A stretch of 64,000 nt of DNA from positions 318,301 to 382,300 of the forward strand of contig NW_018480054.1 in the NCBI RefSeq assembly GCF_002113885.1, read 5' to 3'. Below, in pieces: positions 26,401 through 39,600 of the stretch; position 1 is the stretch's first letter; the number at the start of each line of letters is the position of its first letter. Below the pieces are notes generated by a model. It was given only the letters and a program-made list of their open reading frames with translations, searched no databases and was not told the DNA's origin. The position numbers were made by a program, and so were the translations under genes. Origin of the DNA: Mizuhopecten yessoensis. Lineage: Eukaryota.

Positions 26401-27682
26401 GTTATGCTAACGTTCACTCTCATCCTCCATACTCCAGGGGTTATGCTAACGTTCACTCTCATCCTCCATACTCCAGGGGTTATGCTAACGTTCACTCTCA
26501 TCCTCCATACTCCAGGGGTTATGCTAACGTTCACTCTCATCCTCCATACTCCAGGGGTTATGCTAACGTTCACTCTCATCCTCCATACTCCAGGGGTTAT
26601 GCTAACGTTCACTCTCATCCTCCATACTCCAGGGGTTATGCTAACGTTCACTCTCATCCTCCATACTCCAGGGGTTATGCTAACGTTCACTCTCATCCTC
26701 CATACTCCAGGGGTTATGCTAACGTTCACTCTCATCCTCCATACTCCAGGGGTTATGCTAACGTTCACTCTCATCCTCCATACTCCAGGGGTTATGCTAA
26801 CGTTCACTCTCATCCTCCATACTCCAGGGGTTATGCTAACGTTCACTCTCATCCTCCATACTCCAGGGGTTATGCTAACGTTCACTCTCATCCTCCATAC
26901 TCCAGGGGTTATGCTAACGTTCACTCTCATCCTCCATACTCCAGGGGTTATGCTAACGTTCACTCTCATCCTCCATACTCCAGGGGTTATGCTAACGTTC
27001 ACTCTCATCCTCCATACTCCAGGGGTTATGCTAACGTTCACTCTCATCCTCCATACTCCAGGGGTTATGCTAACGTTCACTCTCATCCTCCATACTCCAG
27101 GGGTTATGCTAACGTTCACTCTCATCCTCCATACTCCAGGGGTTATGCTAACGTTCACTCTCATCCTCCATACTCCAGGGGTTATGCTAACGTTCACTCT
27201 CATCCTCCATACTCCAGGGGTTATGCTAACGTTCACTCTCATCCTCCATACTCCAGGGGTTATGCTAACGTTCACTCTCATCCTCCATACTCCAGGGGTT
27301 ATGCTAACGTTCACTCTCATCCTCCATACTCCAGGGGTTATGCTAACGTTCACTCTCATCCTCCATACTCCAGGGGTTATGCTAACGTTCACTCTCATCC
27401 TCCATACTCCAGGGGTTATGCTAACGTTCACTCTCATCCTCCATACTCCAGGGGTTATGCTAACGTTCACTCTCATCCTCCATACTCCAGGGGTTATGCG
27501 AACGTTCACTCTCATCCTCCATACTCCAGGGGTTATGCGAACGTTCACTCTCATCCTCCATACTCCAGGGGTTATGCTAACGTTCGCTCTCATCCTCGAT
27601 ACTCCAGGGGTTATGCTAACGTTCGCTATCATCCTGGATACTCCAGGGGTTATGCTAACGTTTGCTCTCTGCACCCCCGGAG
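23488..27682. repeat. 39-bp satellite, about 100 copies, with ~60 identical copies in 25120-27490
   Basis: Unit TATGCTAACGTTCACTCTCATCCTCCATACTCCAGGGGT; left-flank segment TATTGAAGTCTTATACATTCAGTCTGACATTCGG recurs at ~23488, 23735 and 24866. Confidence 0.97.
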
Positions 27683-27892
27683 TTTGAAGATTAGTTTGAT
27701 CCTTTGGTGTAACCATATTTTCAGTCTTTTTGCTCATATGCCCAATTTCATCTCTATGATATTGAGAAATGTGTAGGACAAAAAAAAATTGTCTCTTGAA
27801 CAACATAAACAAATATTCAGTTTTTAATAAAAAAAATCACAAATTTTAGAAACAAATAAAATTGTCTATAGAAAATAGATTGTTATGTCAAT

Positions 27893-28060
27893 TTCTTTAG
27901 ACGTGGTAAGAACGCCCCATATCTTTAGACGTGGTAAGGACGCCCCAATATCTTTAGACGTGGTAAGGACCCCCAATATCTTTAGAAGTGGTAAGGACGC
28001 CCCATATCTTTAGATGACGTGGTAAGGACGCCCCGTATCTTTAGAGGTGGTAAGGACGCT
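27893..28060. repeat. ~28-bp tandem repeat, 6 copies
   Basis: ATATCTTTAGACGTGGTAAGGACGCCCC. Confidence 0.92.
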
Positions 28061-28269
28061 TCCATTAAATGTTCTTATGTCTTGTGAATTTTACAATACA
28101 TGGGAGATAACCATCACAAATCGATAAAAATTGTACATGGTACATGTTCATGAATGAAGTATAACAACTTTTTCTGAATAACCAATAGGCTTTGGTTCAA
28201 ACGAATGACCTTGACCCTCTCCAGCGTCACTTATGTTGAATCATTTTTTATTTTTACATAGAATTATCT

Positions 28270-30308
28270 TCTTGTTTTATTCGAAAGAGAAACTTAACAC
28301 ACATCTGAAAATGTCTATAAATTTTATTTACATACATGTATATCAACCTCATAAAAGCATGTAGTTTCACATGCACACCTAACAGAACCACACAGTAGAG
28401 GACAGGTGTTAACCTCTGTTAAAATTCATCAACTGGATCATCCATATCACAAATCCAGTTAAAACGAAGCAAGGTCATATATCTAAGGTGAGGACAAATA
28501 CTGGGGTCAAGATCACTCACTTAGCAACAACCCAGTGTCAGGGTGAATGACTAAACCAATATCTAGATCATTTTTAGGATGAATATAGTCTGGGGATATT
28601 CCCCATAACATGTCACCCTGCACAAAGACTGATATATATTTATGTATATTTACAATGATAAAACAGGAGGCATCTGTACTACGAATGTTTTCCTTTTAGA
28701 AAAACGTGGATTACCGGTACTTTAGCCACTGTCTTTACTATGTAATACTACTACTGACCAATCACAGTACTGATTTAACAGAAACATAAACTATGGGGTA
28801 GTGTCTTACTGATGTAGAGACATCCGACGTTGACCAAGAATTCTTACCTTGTCTACATACAGCTAGTCATACAAATCTTGGCAGTAAATCCTCTGAACGG
28901 TAATATATTTAATCATACTGAGATGTAACCAAACCAATCACTTTCCGACCATTTTCATCAGTGAAGCATAGAAGTATTAAAATTGTACTCAACTAAAAGT
29001 TTTCACATGGTATTTTTCATAATTTTTTATTGATGTCTTTTTGAAGGACTTTTTTCTGAAGTATTGAATGAAATCATGAACTTTTCTTCACACCTAGTGA
29101 TGACTAACCAAATAAACCGTATCACCATTTTGGACTGTTGTTCTAGTTGGTAAAAATTGGAAAGATAGAAAAATGTGAACTGAAGTTATTAGCCTTACTG
29201 ACCCATTCTGTGATAACGGACCATTAAACTTTTAATAACTAAGTCAATGAAACAATGTTGATTCCTTATATCTTTTTGTAATCAATTTTGCCAAAAATAA
29301 TTGAAGCACAGAGAGTAAAAGATGAACTTACAGGTTCTGAACAATGAAAGTGAAGAGAAAGGGGCAGATTCACAACAATGTTATATACAAGTACACAGTA
29401 AAATGTAAACATTAGAAATAATTTCATCTCATAAAACTACACACTATTATCACAGTACACCTCTGCATACTTGACTTGAAACAATTCATGTTGATTTCGT
29501 TAATAAAATAAAACATGTCATATAATCTGTTACATGATAAAAACTAGTTTAATATGCCCTTATCAGCAATATTTGCATCTCCGGATTTTTCAGTGAAAAT
29601 TATGTCTAATATTATCATAAAATATGGCAAACACACTTCACGTATGCACCAGGATGTGCATTCCATGAAAAAACAGAATATAACAACATACAATACAAAT
29701 CAAGGTACTTATGTACTGAAGGTACGCAGCACACCTGTAGACCGTGATTACCCAGTGATAATTAGGTCAATACTCAGTTGTTACCTAACACAGCCAATTC
29801 CACAGTAGCATTATATTGATTGTGTCTTCCATTTGCACTGTGAATTTTTTTTAAAGATTATTCCATGGTTATTCAACATGAATACTGTTACGTCGCTGTA
29901 CGTCAGAATACCCATAGAGTTGTTACCAACATGAATACCCTTACGTCGCTGTACGTCAGAACACCCATAGAGTTGTTACCAACAAGAATAAACATTCAAT
30001 TTTATCAAAGCTAGAGTATGTCATGGGGCCATGAGATTTCCTATCAATGATTGTAGAGGGCACACAGTATACCTTCTTGAAAATAAGTATACAATTATGC
30101 TGCATAAGAGGAAAATAACAATTTTATCAGCATACAAATGATATGGAACACACCTTCCTACCTCCACACCTCCACATGATCCAATAGTATCAGCACAAAT
30201 GATCACAACATACTAATGTCATCACAACATTCACACGAGTCTCCCGTTAAAAAATCTAATATTTGTCTCTAAAAAACTCTGATTTCAGGTCTTGTTCATC
30301 CAGATATC
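28270..30308 (-). other. Probable XRN1 3' UTR with candidate poly(A) signals
   Basis: Follows the stop codon; mostly unique sequence; AATAAA on minus at 28323-28328 and 28276-28281. Confidence 0.45.
29874..29983. repeat. 53-bp tandem duplication in the putative 3' UTR
   Basis: CAACATGAATAC..TTACGTCGCTGTACGTCAGAAYACCCATAGAGTTGTTAC x2. Confidence 0.9.
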
Positions 30309-30653
30309 TTATTGAGCCATGTTGAACTTGGCAGCCATTCTGGGTCGACGTTTCTGTTGCTGCCCGGGAGATTTTGATGGCTGGTGGCTTTGTCGTGGAG
30401 ATTTAGCGGGAGTTACTTCCCTTGGAATCTGTCCGTTTAACGCTGACGTTACACCTTGCGGCTCCTGTGCAGAAGACATGGGCTTCTGAGGTTTACCACC
30501 AAACAAGTCGCGGGCCGTGTTGTGGGGTTCGTGCCTGCTGCCTTCCCCATCTGACCTTAGACTAACATCTGATCTTGGACTTGTGTCAATTACCTGTCCG
30601 TTACTGTCTCTACTTTCTGATTCCCGTCGCTTACTTGGGGTTTTACGGGTGAC
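30309..30653 (-). CDS. XRN1: XRN1 terminal coding exon
   Basis: VTRKTPSKRRES...QQQKRRPRMAAKFNMAQ-stop (TAA at 30309-30311). Confidence 0.9.
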   Translation of the reverse strand, partial: VTRKTPSKRRESESRDSNGQVIDTSPRSDVSLRSDGEGSRHEPHNTARDLFGGKPQKPMSSAQEPQGVTSALNGQIPREVTPAKSPRQSHQPSKSPGQQQKRRPRMAAKFNMAQ

Positions 30654-33600
30654 CTAGAAACAATGCAAAGATATGTCTCGTCACCTAGCAACAGTATGTT
30701 ACAGTACACAGAACACCCGGCTAAAGTACCTTCATGTGTCTTATTGCCAGTAACAGATTTGTTTTGGTCAACAATTTCCAGCTTAAACACATTGAAACAC
30801 ATTTTAAAACTTCTCCTAAGAGTACTAGTGATGTATTTAAGTCTTACCATCTGATAGAGTAGAAAAACTTATGATTCTGGTAGCCTGGACTTTGATGTAA
30901 AAAATAATACCAGACTAAAGACATGCTACATTTGTCATTTTCTATTTAAAACATACATTTAAAGATTTACAAACTTCCTTAAGTTGAAAATAGCTCTAGA
31001 TATGATTTTAATTTATTTTCAATAAAGCACTACTACAAATTTATTGTGGAACACAGTAAATGGCCATTTGTTATCATCCCATTACCTGCATAGGTACAAA
31101 CGGATTGGATTTTGGAGGAGAGGCGTCTTTGCTGTCACTGAAGACTTTGTTATCCGCTCTCTGATTGGGCGAGAATTTCTGCTGTTGTCTTTGTGCCGTA
31201 TTGCCCTGATATGGACCCTGATTGGGTCCTTGGTTGTTGTTTCTGTTATCTTGATATTGATTGGCTGTCTGGTGCTGCCCTCGGCTATCATGATAGTGAG
31301 AATGTGTCTGGTGCTGCTGTTGATGGTATCTGTTATCTGAATACTGATTGGCTGATTGGTTTCCACGATAGTTGGGTGGTTGTGCATGATGACCTCTAGG
31401 TTGTTCAATAAATTCTGAATATGAAATAAAATAGGTATGTGTGTATAAATTCTCTTTTTGTTCACAATTTAATTTTTTGTTTCATTTCAGGAAACAAACT
31501 GATTGCTGAGCAGATAAACAGAGTAAGGGGGTACAAGAACAACCTGAAATTTGAACATCAAATATGAATATATACATATCAAATAAGTTCAGGTCTGATT
31601 AGATTTTCAAGGTCAAGGGTCAAATGTCAAGTTCAAAGTGTCATAAAAGTGCAGTAAAGGCATACTGCATTTCACAAACACAGGTTCTCATCTAACTTTA
31701 CTTTTTCTTTCTGTATTTCTCTAAATGCTTAAAATAACATGGTACTCTCAGCTTCCAGGATAGTGTCCAACAGAAAGGACGGCGATGAGTTTATATTTTA
31801 TTGTAACAGAACAGGACTTAGCAATTAACATACACACATGAATTAATAAACAAGAAATCCACGAAAGTGGATGTGTCGCCTGCGCAGGAAGCTGGGAGAT
31901 TACGAAGAAATAGATACACCTTTCATTTCAAGAAATAATGTTAAAAGTAAGAAATAATCATAGATTGTTTTTGGATGGCATCATTTTGTTATATAATCTG
32001 TTATTCTGGGCAGAATTTAAGGAACTTGCTATGGATACTCATTGTCTCAATTCCAAGTTTAATTTGAAAGATTTGTCGGATGGTTTCCCATAAATAAATG
32101 AATAAACTTGTGGATTATGATGTTAAACAGCTAGTGTTGTCAATAACATTTGGAGTAAGACGGCATTTCAGAGGTATACACGGTGGGTCAAGTGGTAGAT
32201 CGAAGCCGTCCAGTATACAGTTTTAGTGAAGTTTCTATTTATAGTAACAGTAACCTTGACCATTGACCTGCGGACCTGAAAAGCAATCCCAAGCAAGCAC
32301 TTTTGGTAAGGAAGCACTGCATGTAGTTTGAGTTTGATCGGCCCAAGGAAACTCAAGTTATCGCACGAAAACCTCTGTTCGGACGCCGACGCCGACGCCG
32401 CCGACAAAGCAATACCTATGTGTCACTAGCTTTTTGCAGGCGACACAAAAACTATGGGAAATGTGATGAAGAGATGGGATCAGGTGGCTCAACGGGGAAA
32501 ATGAAATTAAATATGCAACATACCAACTAAGGTCACCACCCATAGTCCTGAGATTGAAAACGAACAAAAATGAAAGACTGTTGTTTCAAAAATTCAAACA
32601 ACATATATGTCCTGATACAACCTTTGATGTTCAGCATACTAAACATTTCACAATTCACACATGTGATACTTAATCGTACCTAATACAGGTATATAAACCA
32701 TTCCCTGCTCAATATGTGATAATCGAAATGTTTAAAACAAGCATTTTTTTTTTCAAATACCTACGGGCAGTTTTTCAAGCAGTAAAAGGAAACACACATT
32801 TTTTGGGGCTTAATGTGCATTATCCCAATATTTTGCTATCTTTCCCTACCCCTTTACAAGTCTGTGGAAAAATAGGCCTGCTCTGCCCTGCTGCAGGTTT
32901 TCATTAATTATTTTTATTTGAACTGGCCTTTTTCATTTGAACCTTCCCATCACATATGTAACATGCAGATCACAAACCTTTAGGTGAGACAGGTTTGAAG
33001 GCAGAGTTTGGTGAGGAGAACTGAGGGTGCTGCATCATCTGGGCTGGCATCCCACCGAACGCCCTTGGTGCCATCAAAGGGTGCATGGCTTGAGGAGGCA
33101 TCTGGATAAAATAAATACAGGTGTCACTAAACAGACGATCAGTCAGAGACATAAAATATCAGATTGTATACACTAGGGCTGCCACGATATATCACGATAC
33201 TCTGATACACAATGGGAGGTCACGATACACCAACATTGTCTTTCCCTGTTGTTTCAGATTTTGCTCTTCCTGAATTCACTCTACTCATATTTGTTCCCAA
33301 GTATCTGTTCCCAATTGGCAAGTGACAGCTCCATTCCACATGTACGGCGAAAGACGTGAGCTGTGTGCATATTTAAAGTCTGGACCAACTCTTGTTTCCT
33401 GTTGTAATATTATCATTAAAGATTTGCAACATATCTTTTCATTTTGCTTATTACTATATGTATCGTGATACGCATTTCTATCGGACCACAGTATTGTGAT
33501 ATGTATTGTATCGGGACCACAGTATTGTGATAGGTATCGTATCGTGACCACAGTATTGTGATACGTATTGTCATATTAATGTATTGTTGCAGCCCTAGTA

Positions 33601-36600
33601 TACACACAATACAGTTGTATTACAGCCCTAGTATACACACAATACAGCTGTGTTACAGCCATAGTATACACACAATACAGATGTGTTACAGCCCTAGAAT
33701 ACACACAATACAGCTGTATTGCAGCCCTAGTATACCCACAATACAGCTGTATTGCAGCCCTTGTATACACACAATACAGCTGTGTTACATCCCTAGTATA
33801 CACACAATACAGCTGTGTTGCAGCCCTAGTATACACACAATACAGTTGTGTTACAGCCCTAGTATACACACAATACATCTGTGTTACAGGCCTAGTATAC
33901 ACACAATACAGCTGAGTTACAGCCATAGTATACACACAATACAGATGTGTTACAGCCCTAGTATACACACAATACGGCTGTGTTACAGGCCTAGTATACA
34001 CACAATTCAGCTGTGTTACAGCCCTAGTATACACACAATCCAGCTGTGTTACAGCCCTAGTATACACACAATAAAGCTGTATTGCAGCCCTAGTATACAC
34101 ACAATACAACTGTGTTACAGGCCTAGTATACACACAATTCAGCTGTGTTACAGCCCTAGTATACACATAATACAGCTGTGTTACAGCCCTAGTATACACT
34201 CAATACAGCTGTGTTACAGCCCTTGTATACACACAATCCAGCTGTGTTACAGCCCTTGTATTCACACAATACAGCTGTGTTACAGCCCTTGTATACACAC
34301 AATCCAGCTGTGTTACAGCCCTAGTATACACACAATCCAGCTGTGTTACAGCCCTTGTATTCACACAATACAGCTGTGTTACAGCCCTCGTATACACACA
34401 ATACAGCTGTGTTACAGGTCTAGTATACACACAATACAGCTGTATTGCAGCCCTAGTATACCCACAATACAGCTGTATTGCAGCCCTAGTATACCCACAA
34501 TACAGCTGTATTGCAGCCCTAGTATAAACACAATACAGCTGTATTACAGCCCTAGTATACACACAATACACCTGTGTTACAGCCCTAGTATACACACAAT
34601 ACAACTGTGTTACAGGCCTAGTATACACACAATACAGCTGTTTTACAGCCCTAGTATACACACAATACAACTGTGTTACAGCCATAGTATACACACAATA
34701 CAGATGTGTTACAGCCCTAGTATACACACAATCCAGCTGTGTTACAGCCCTTGTATTCACACAATACAGCTGTGTTACAGCCCTTGTATACACACAATAC
34801 AGCTGTGTTACAACCCTTGTATACACACAATACAGCTGTGTTACAGGTCTAGTATACACACAATACAGCTGTATTGTAGCCCTAGTATACACACAATACA
34901 GCTGGGTTACAGCTCTAGTATACACACAATACAGCTGTATTACAGCCCTTGTATACACACAATACAGCTGTGTTACAGCCATAGTATACACACAATACAG
35001 CTGTGTTAATATTAATGTATTGTTGCAGCCCTAGTATTCACACAATACAGTTGTATTACAGCCCTAGTATACACACAATACAGTTGTGTTACAGCCCTAG
35101 TATACACACAATCCAGCTGTGTTACAGCCCTTGTATTCACACAATACAGCTGTGTTACAGCCCTAGAATACACACAATACAGCTGTATTGCAGCCCTTGT
35201 ATACACACAATACAGCTGTGTTACAGCCCTAGGATACACACAATACAGCTGTGTTACAGCCCTAGTATACACACAATACAGCTGTGTTACAGCTCTAGTA
35301 TACACACAATACAGCTGTATTGCAGCCCTTGTATACACACAATACAGCTGTATTCAATAAATAAGGATAAATGCTGAGAATAGTATACAATGTAAAGTAC
35401 AAAGAATGTATTTTCTGTTTATCCCGATGTGTCAGTATATTAGCTTCATTTCTACCATAATAAGCCCCTGTTTATCGTACGATTATCACCTTGTGTAATT
35501 TTGCTGTTTCTGAACTAGGGAACATGGCTACTCGATACTTATGCTCTGTAGGTTCCTCTGGCACTACTACCCATCTAAGATATAGGACAGTACAGTGATG
35601 ATGGCTTCAATTTGACAAGTTTACAACCACTCAGTACTAATAATTCAATACAAAATAATGTCACAAAATCATCTGAAACAAAATCTGGGTTAGGAGCTGT
35701 AAACCTGGCAGTGCCAATTTTGAATGTAAACTTGTCACCTTAGTCAAAGTCTTACACATTGTTGATTATGTAAATCTAACTCTTGTAGTTAATTTTCAAT
35801 CTTTCAAAAGAAAGAACTCACATTAAGTAACTGAACTTGCATTTGACCTAAGAAACCCATCATTCTCTGCAGAAATGCTATGTAGCATCTAGTGTGTAAG
35901 TTATTTATAAGACCAAAGCCAAACTCAGTCATCAGAATCTGTCAAGGTGCAACCGACAAGATTTGTATATAAATAAACACAGTCATTAGCTTGGCAGTTA
36001 TTTTCGACAACCGACACTGGAAGTGAACACCTAACAAAATAAGGAAGATAAAAACAGACAGAGATCCCTCTATATATGCCTATATATCGTGTTCTGGCAA
36101 CAAAATGCATCTCTACTTTACAGAACAGAAATATGTTTCTGAATCATACAAATGGATTTTGCCGACATTTTCTAACATCTTCAAAGCCAGTTAAGGTTTT
36201 ACAGTCCCAAATTTACGTATATTTAAGTGAAAAATGTAGAATTGATGTGAAAATATCAATCATCTTTTAAGGGAAGTCTATGAATCACAACAAAGGGAGA
36301 TAATCCCATCACAAACACTTACCAAGTGAACAAGCATTACACCAGCAGCACTTTCAGCTGCCTCTTCTTTACTCCTTGTTTTTGACCCCATGAACCTATG
36401 TCCATTGGAGAGAGTTACTACACAGACGAAGGACCCAGGCTGAAATCAACAACTTAGTTCCATTATTTTATATTTACATTTGCTCTGCATCCTTCCATTA
36501 CAATGCATTAAGAAGGCAAATGTTGTTATGAGCCTACCGGGCTGTATAAAGTTTGTCATCAATAGCAATGTGTGTTATAGGACCATAACAACATTTGCTA

Positions 36601-39600
36601 AAACATTCAGTGTTTAAGTATTTAGTGAATTTGTGTATAACTGTCCTCCAAAGCAATACACTTTTTTGGATACAATAATAATATTTGAATTGAGAGAAAA
36701 AAATTGGAGTATATGTTTTTGTTTTAAGTTTTGTTCTCTATCCTGTTTTTTAATACATACCTTGCCACCAAAATCGTATTTCGGTTCCTGTAGACCCATC
36801 ATCTTACTCCAGTTAATTAACTCCAGCACTGGGTTCCTGGGGACAGAACAAGTATCACTCTCACTACCTTGGAAAAGCTAGTTGATAAATATGTTCATAT
36901 GGGATACAATCATGTCAAAATGTCTAACTGTTGACATAATAGCATTGCCATGTTACTATCTGAACGTATTACCAATGATATTATCCTGGTATACCATGTA
37001 GATTTAAGGCTGTATAAGTTGTAAACAACAGTGTCAGTGAACTGAAATATCTCAGGAACATAATGACACACTGTCATAATGCATTGACACACTAAAAATA
37101 CTACTGTCAACAAGAACATTTCAGCACATTGAACAGGTTGAAGAACTGTAGCCCAATACTATTCACACAGAAACATTTTCATCGTTTAAGAACCTCTCAA
37201 GTCCAGATCCTGAAGACATTCCAGATGATTCTCAAAATAGTCTTGTTTTCAGAAAGAGTGATGATCCTTGTTTCACTGATCAGGAAACTTCTTAATTACA
37301 AACTTATTTTTAGAATAGCTAAACTGCATACTGTTTTAATTTTTGTAGTTTCTCTACAAAAAAACCCGAAAAAAAACAAGCAAACTTCCAAGCTTGAGGC
37401 TTTTCAGGCTTGTCCTTAGAAATGTTCCCCGTTTTGTTGAAATTGAGAAACATCTTAACATGGATACCCACTCTACAGTTTCTCCACATGGCTGTCCTAA
37501 TACCTCCTAGCTCTCCTACCTTCGTGCTGGTTTCTGTTGTTGGTTTCCTTGGTGATGACCTCTGAACTGTGGGGCTATCTGAAGACCAGGTGGGGGTCCC
37601 CTGGACTGGGTCTGGTACCGTGGAGACTGTTGCTGGGGCTGACTAGTCATCTGATGCTGCATCATGGCTGGGGGTGGAACCTGTAATGGTGGAGGGTAAG
37701 GATGAACCATTCCTGGGGGCATGGATACATTGGGACTTGTGTAGGCCCCTGTGGGTGGGTTGGACATTGAAGTGGAAGCTTGGCTGGAACTTGTCGATCC
37801 CTGGGGTCGGGGGTCAGATTTGTGGGAGTCATCACCAGTGACTGTCTCCTGTTTTACCTCGGCTGTCGCTACATGCTTAGCTGGCTGCATCACACCTGAA
37901 ACACATGTATTTGAAAGGCTTTATCAATCAGTAAACTGGTTTAGATGTTTAGGCTCAAGGAGTAAATCTTCATTTTCTACAATATTTAAAGGATTTGATA
38001 AAAACATTTTTTTCCAGCAATATTACATTTGCAGTCCACATAAAAACTCAGAATTCATCCTTGAGCATGACAACATTTTCATGAAAACGGACCAAGACAT
38101 ATTTTCTGATACATTGCAGGGTGACCAACCCTGACAACCACAATATATTGAATGTTGCTTGTGAACTGTCTATGCACATGAGTGAGTCTCTATATAATTA
38201 CAGCCATTACAGCATACAAGAGACAAAATGCTTCCTGTTAACGGGATGTCTGAACAGAACTTCTTATCCTTATTATACAGCACTGCATGAGTTAACATGT
38301 ACCATCTGCTTAAATTTGTGGATAAGATCTGACTCAAAAGTGTGAAGAATAGACACCATTCTGCAGGTAAGATCAGCCAAGCCTATCTGCTTGGATACAA
38401 ATATTTATTTGTATGGATCAGATCAGAAAAATGTTTAGAAACTATCCCTTAGAATTCCAATTGTTCTTTACAAGTTTTCAGTCCATACCATCAAATAATT
38501 CCTGAACGGACATCTGTCTCCCATAGTTTTTAGCACTAGGTGGCGCTGTTGTATCAGCTTCCTGTTTCCCAGGTCCAGGCTCCAGTGATGTTTTCACCAA
38601 ACCAATGTTCAACATTTGTTTGATTTCAGCCTACATACAAAACAAGAAAAAGGTGTTGTTCAATATACATGTATAAAAGACTTTTTTATAACTTATTCCA
38701 TTCAAACAAATAATTATTTTAAAAGTGTACATACTGTTTAACATGGCAGCCAGAGGCCAGGCTTAATGGAGAAATTAAATCATTGCTACATTCTCTAGGA
38801 GAAATTAAATCATTGCAACATTCTCTAGGAGAAATTAAATCATTGCTACATTCTCTAGGAGAAATTAAATCATTGCTACATTCTCTAGGAGAAATTAAAT
38901 CATTGCTACATTCTCTTGGAGAAATTAAAACATTGCTACATTCTCTAGGAGAAATTAAATCATTGCTACATTCTCTAGGAGAAATTAAATCATTCTCTAG
39001 GAGAAATTAAATCATTGCTACATTCTCTTGGAGAAATTAAAACATTGCTACATTCTCTAGGAGAAATTAAATCATTGCTACATTCTCTAGGAGAAATTAA
39101 ATCATTCCTACATTCTCTAGGAGAAATTAAATCATTGCTACATTCTCTAGGAGAAATTAAATCATTGCTACATTCTCTAGGAGATATTAAATCATTGCTA
39201 CATTCTCAAGGAGAAATTTTGCTCTAGGAGAAATTGAATCATTTTGCTCTAGGAGAAATTAAATCATTGCTACATTCTCTAGGAGAAATTAGATCATTGC
39301 TACATTCTCTTGGAGATATTAAATCATTGCTACATTCTCTAGGAGAAATTAGATCATTGCTACATTCTCTAGGAGAAATTAAATCATTGCTACATTCTCT
39401 AGGAGATATTAGATTATTGCTACATTCTCTAGGAGAAATCAAATCATTGCTACATTCTCTAGGAGAAATTAGATTATTGCTACATTCTCTAGGAGAAATT
39501 TAATCATTGCTACATTCTCTAGGAGAAATTAGATCATTGCTACATCCTCTAGGAGAAATTAAATCATTGCTACATACTCTAGGAGAAATTAAATCATTGC

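Noticed and set aside
23465-27812. ORFs up to 994 aa (HSHPPYSRGYANV repeats and others) on both strands
   Set aside because: 39-bp satellite open in several frames on both strands; no signal peptide or exon context; coding use unsupported though not formally excluded
31082-31465. 127-aa minus ORF from the track
   Set aside because: Wrong frame; the XRN1 exon uses another frame fixed by splice phase and the NPFVPMQ motif
35920-36030. Intronic C/D snoRNA candidate (CTGA motifs on minus strand)
   Set aside because: No RTGATGA C box or terminal stem at a suitable distance
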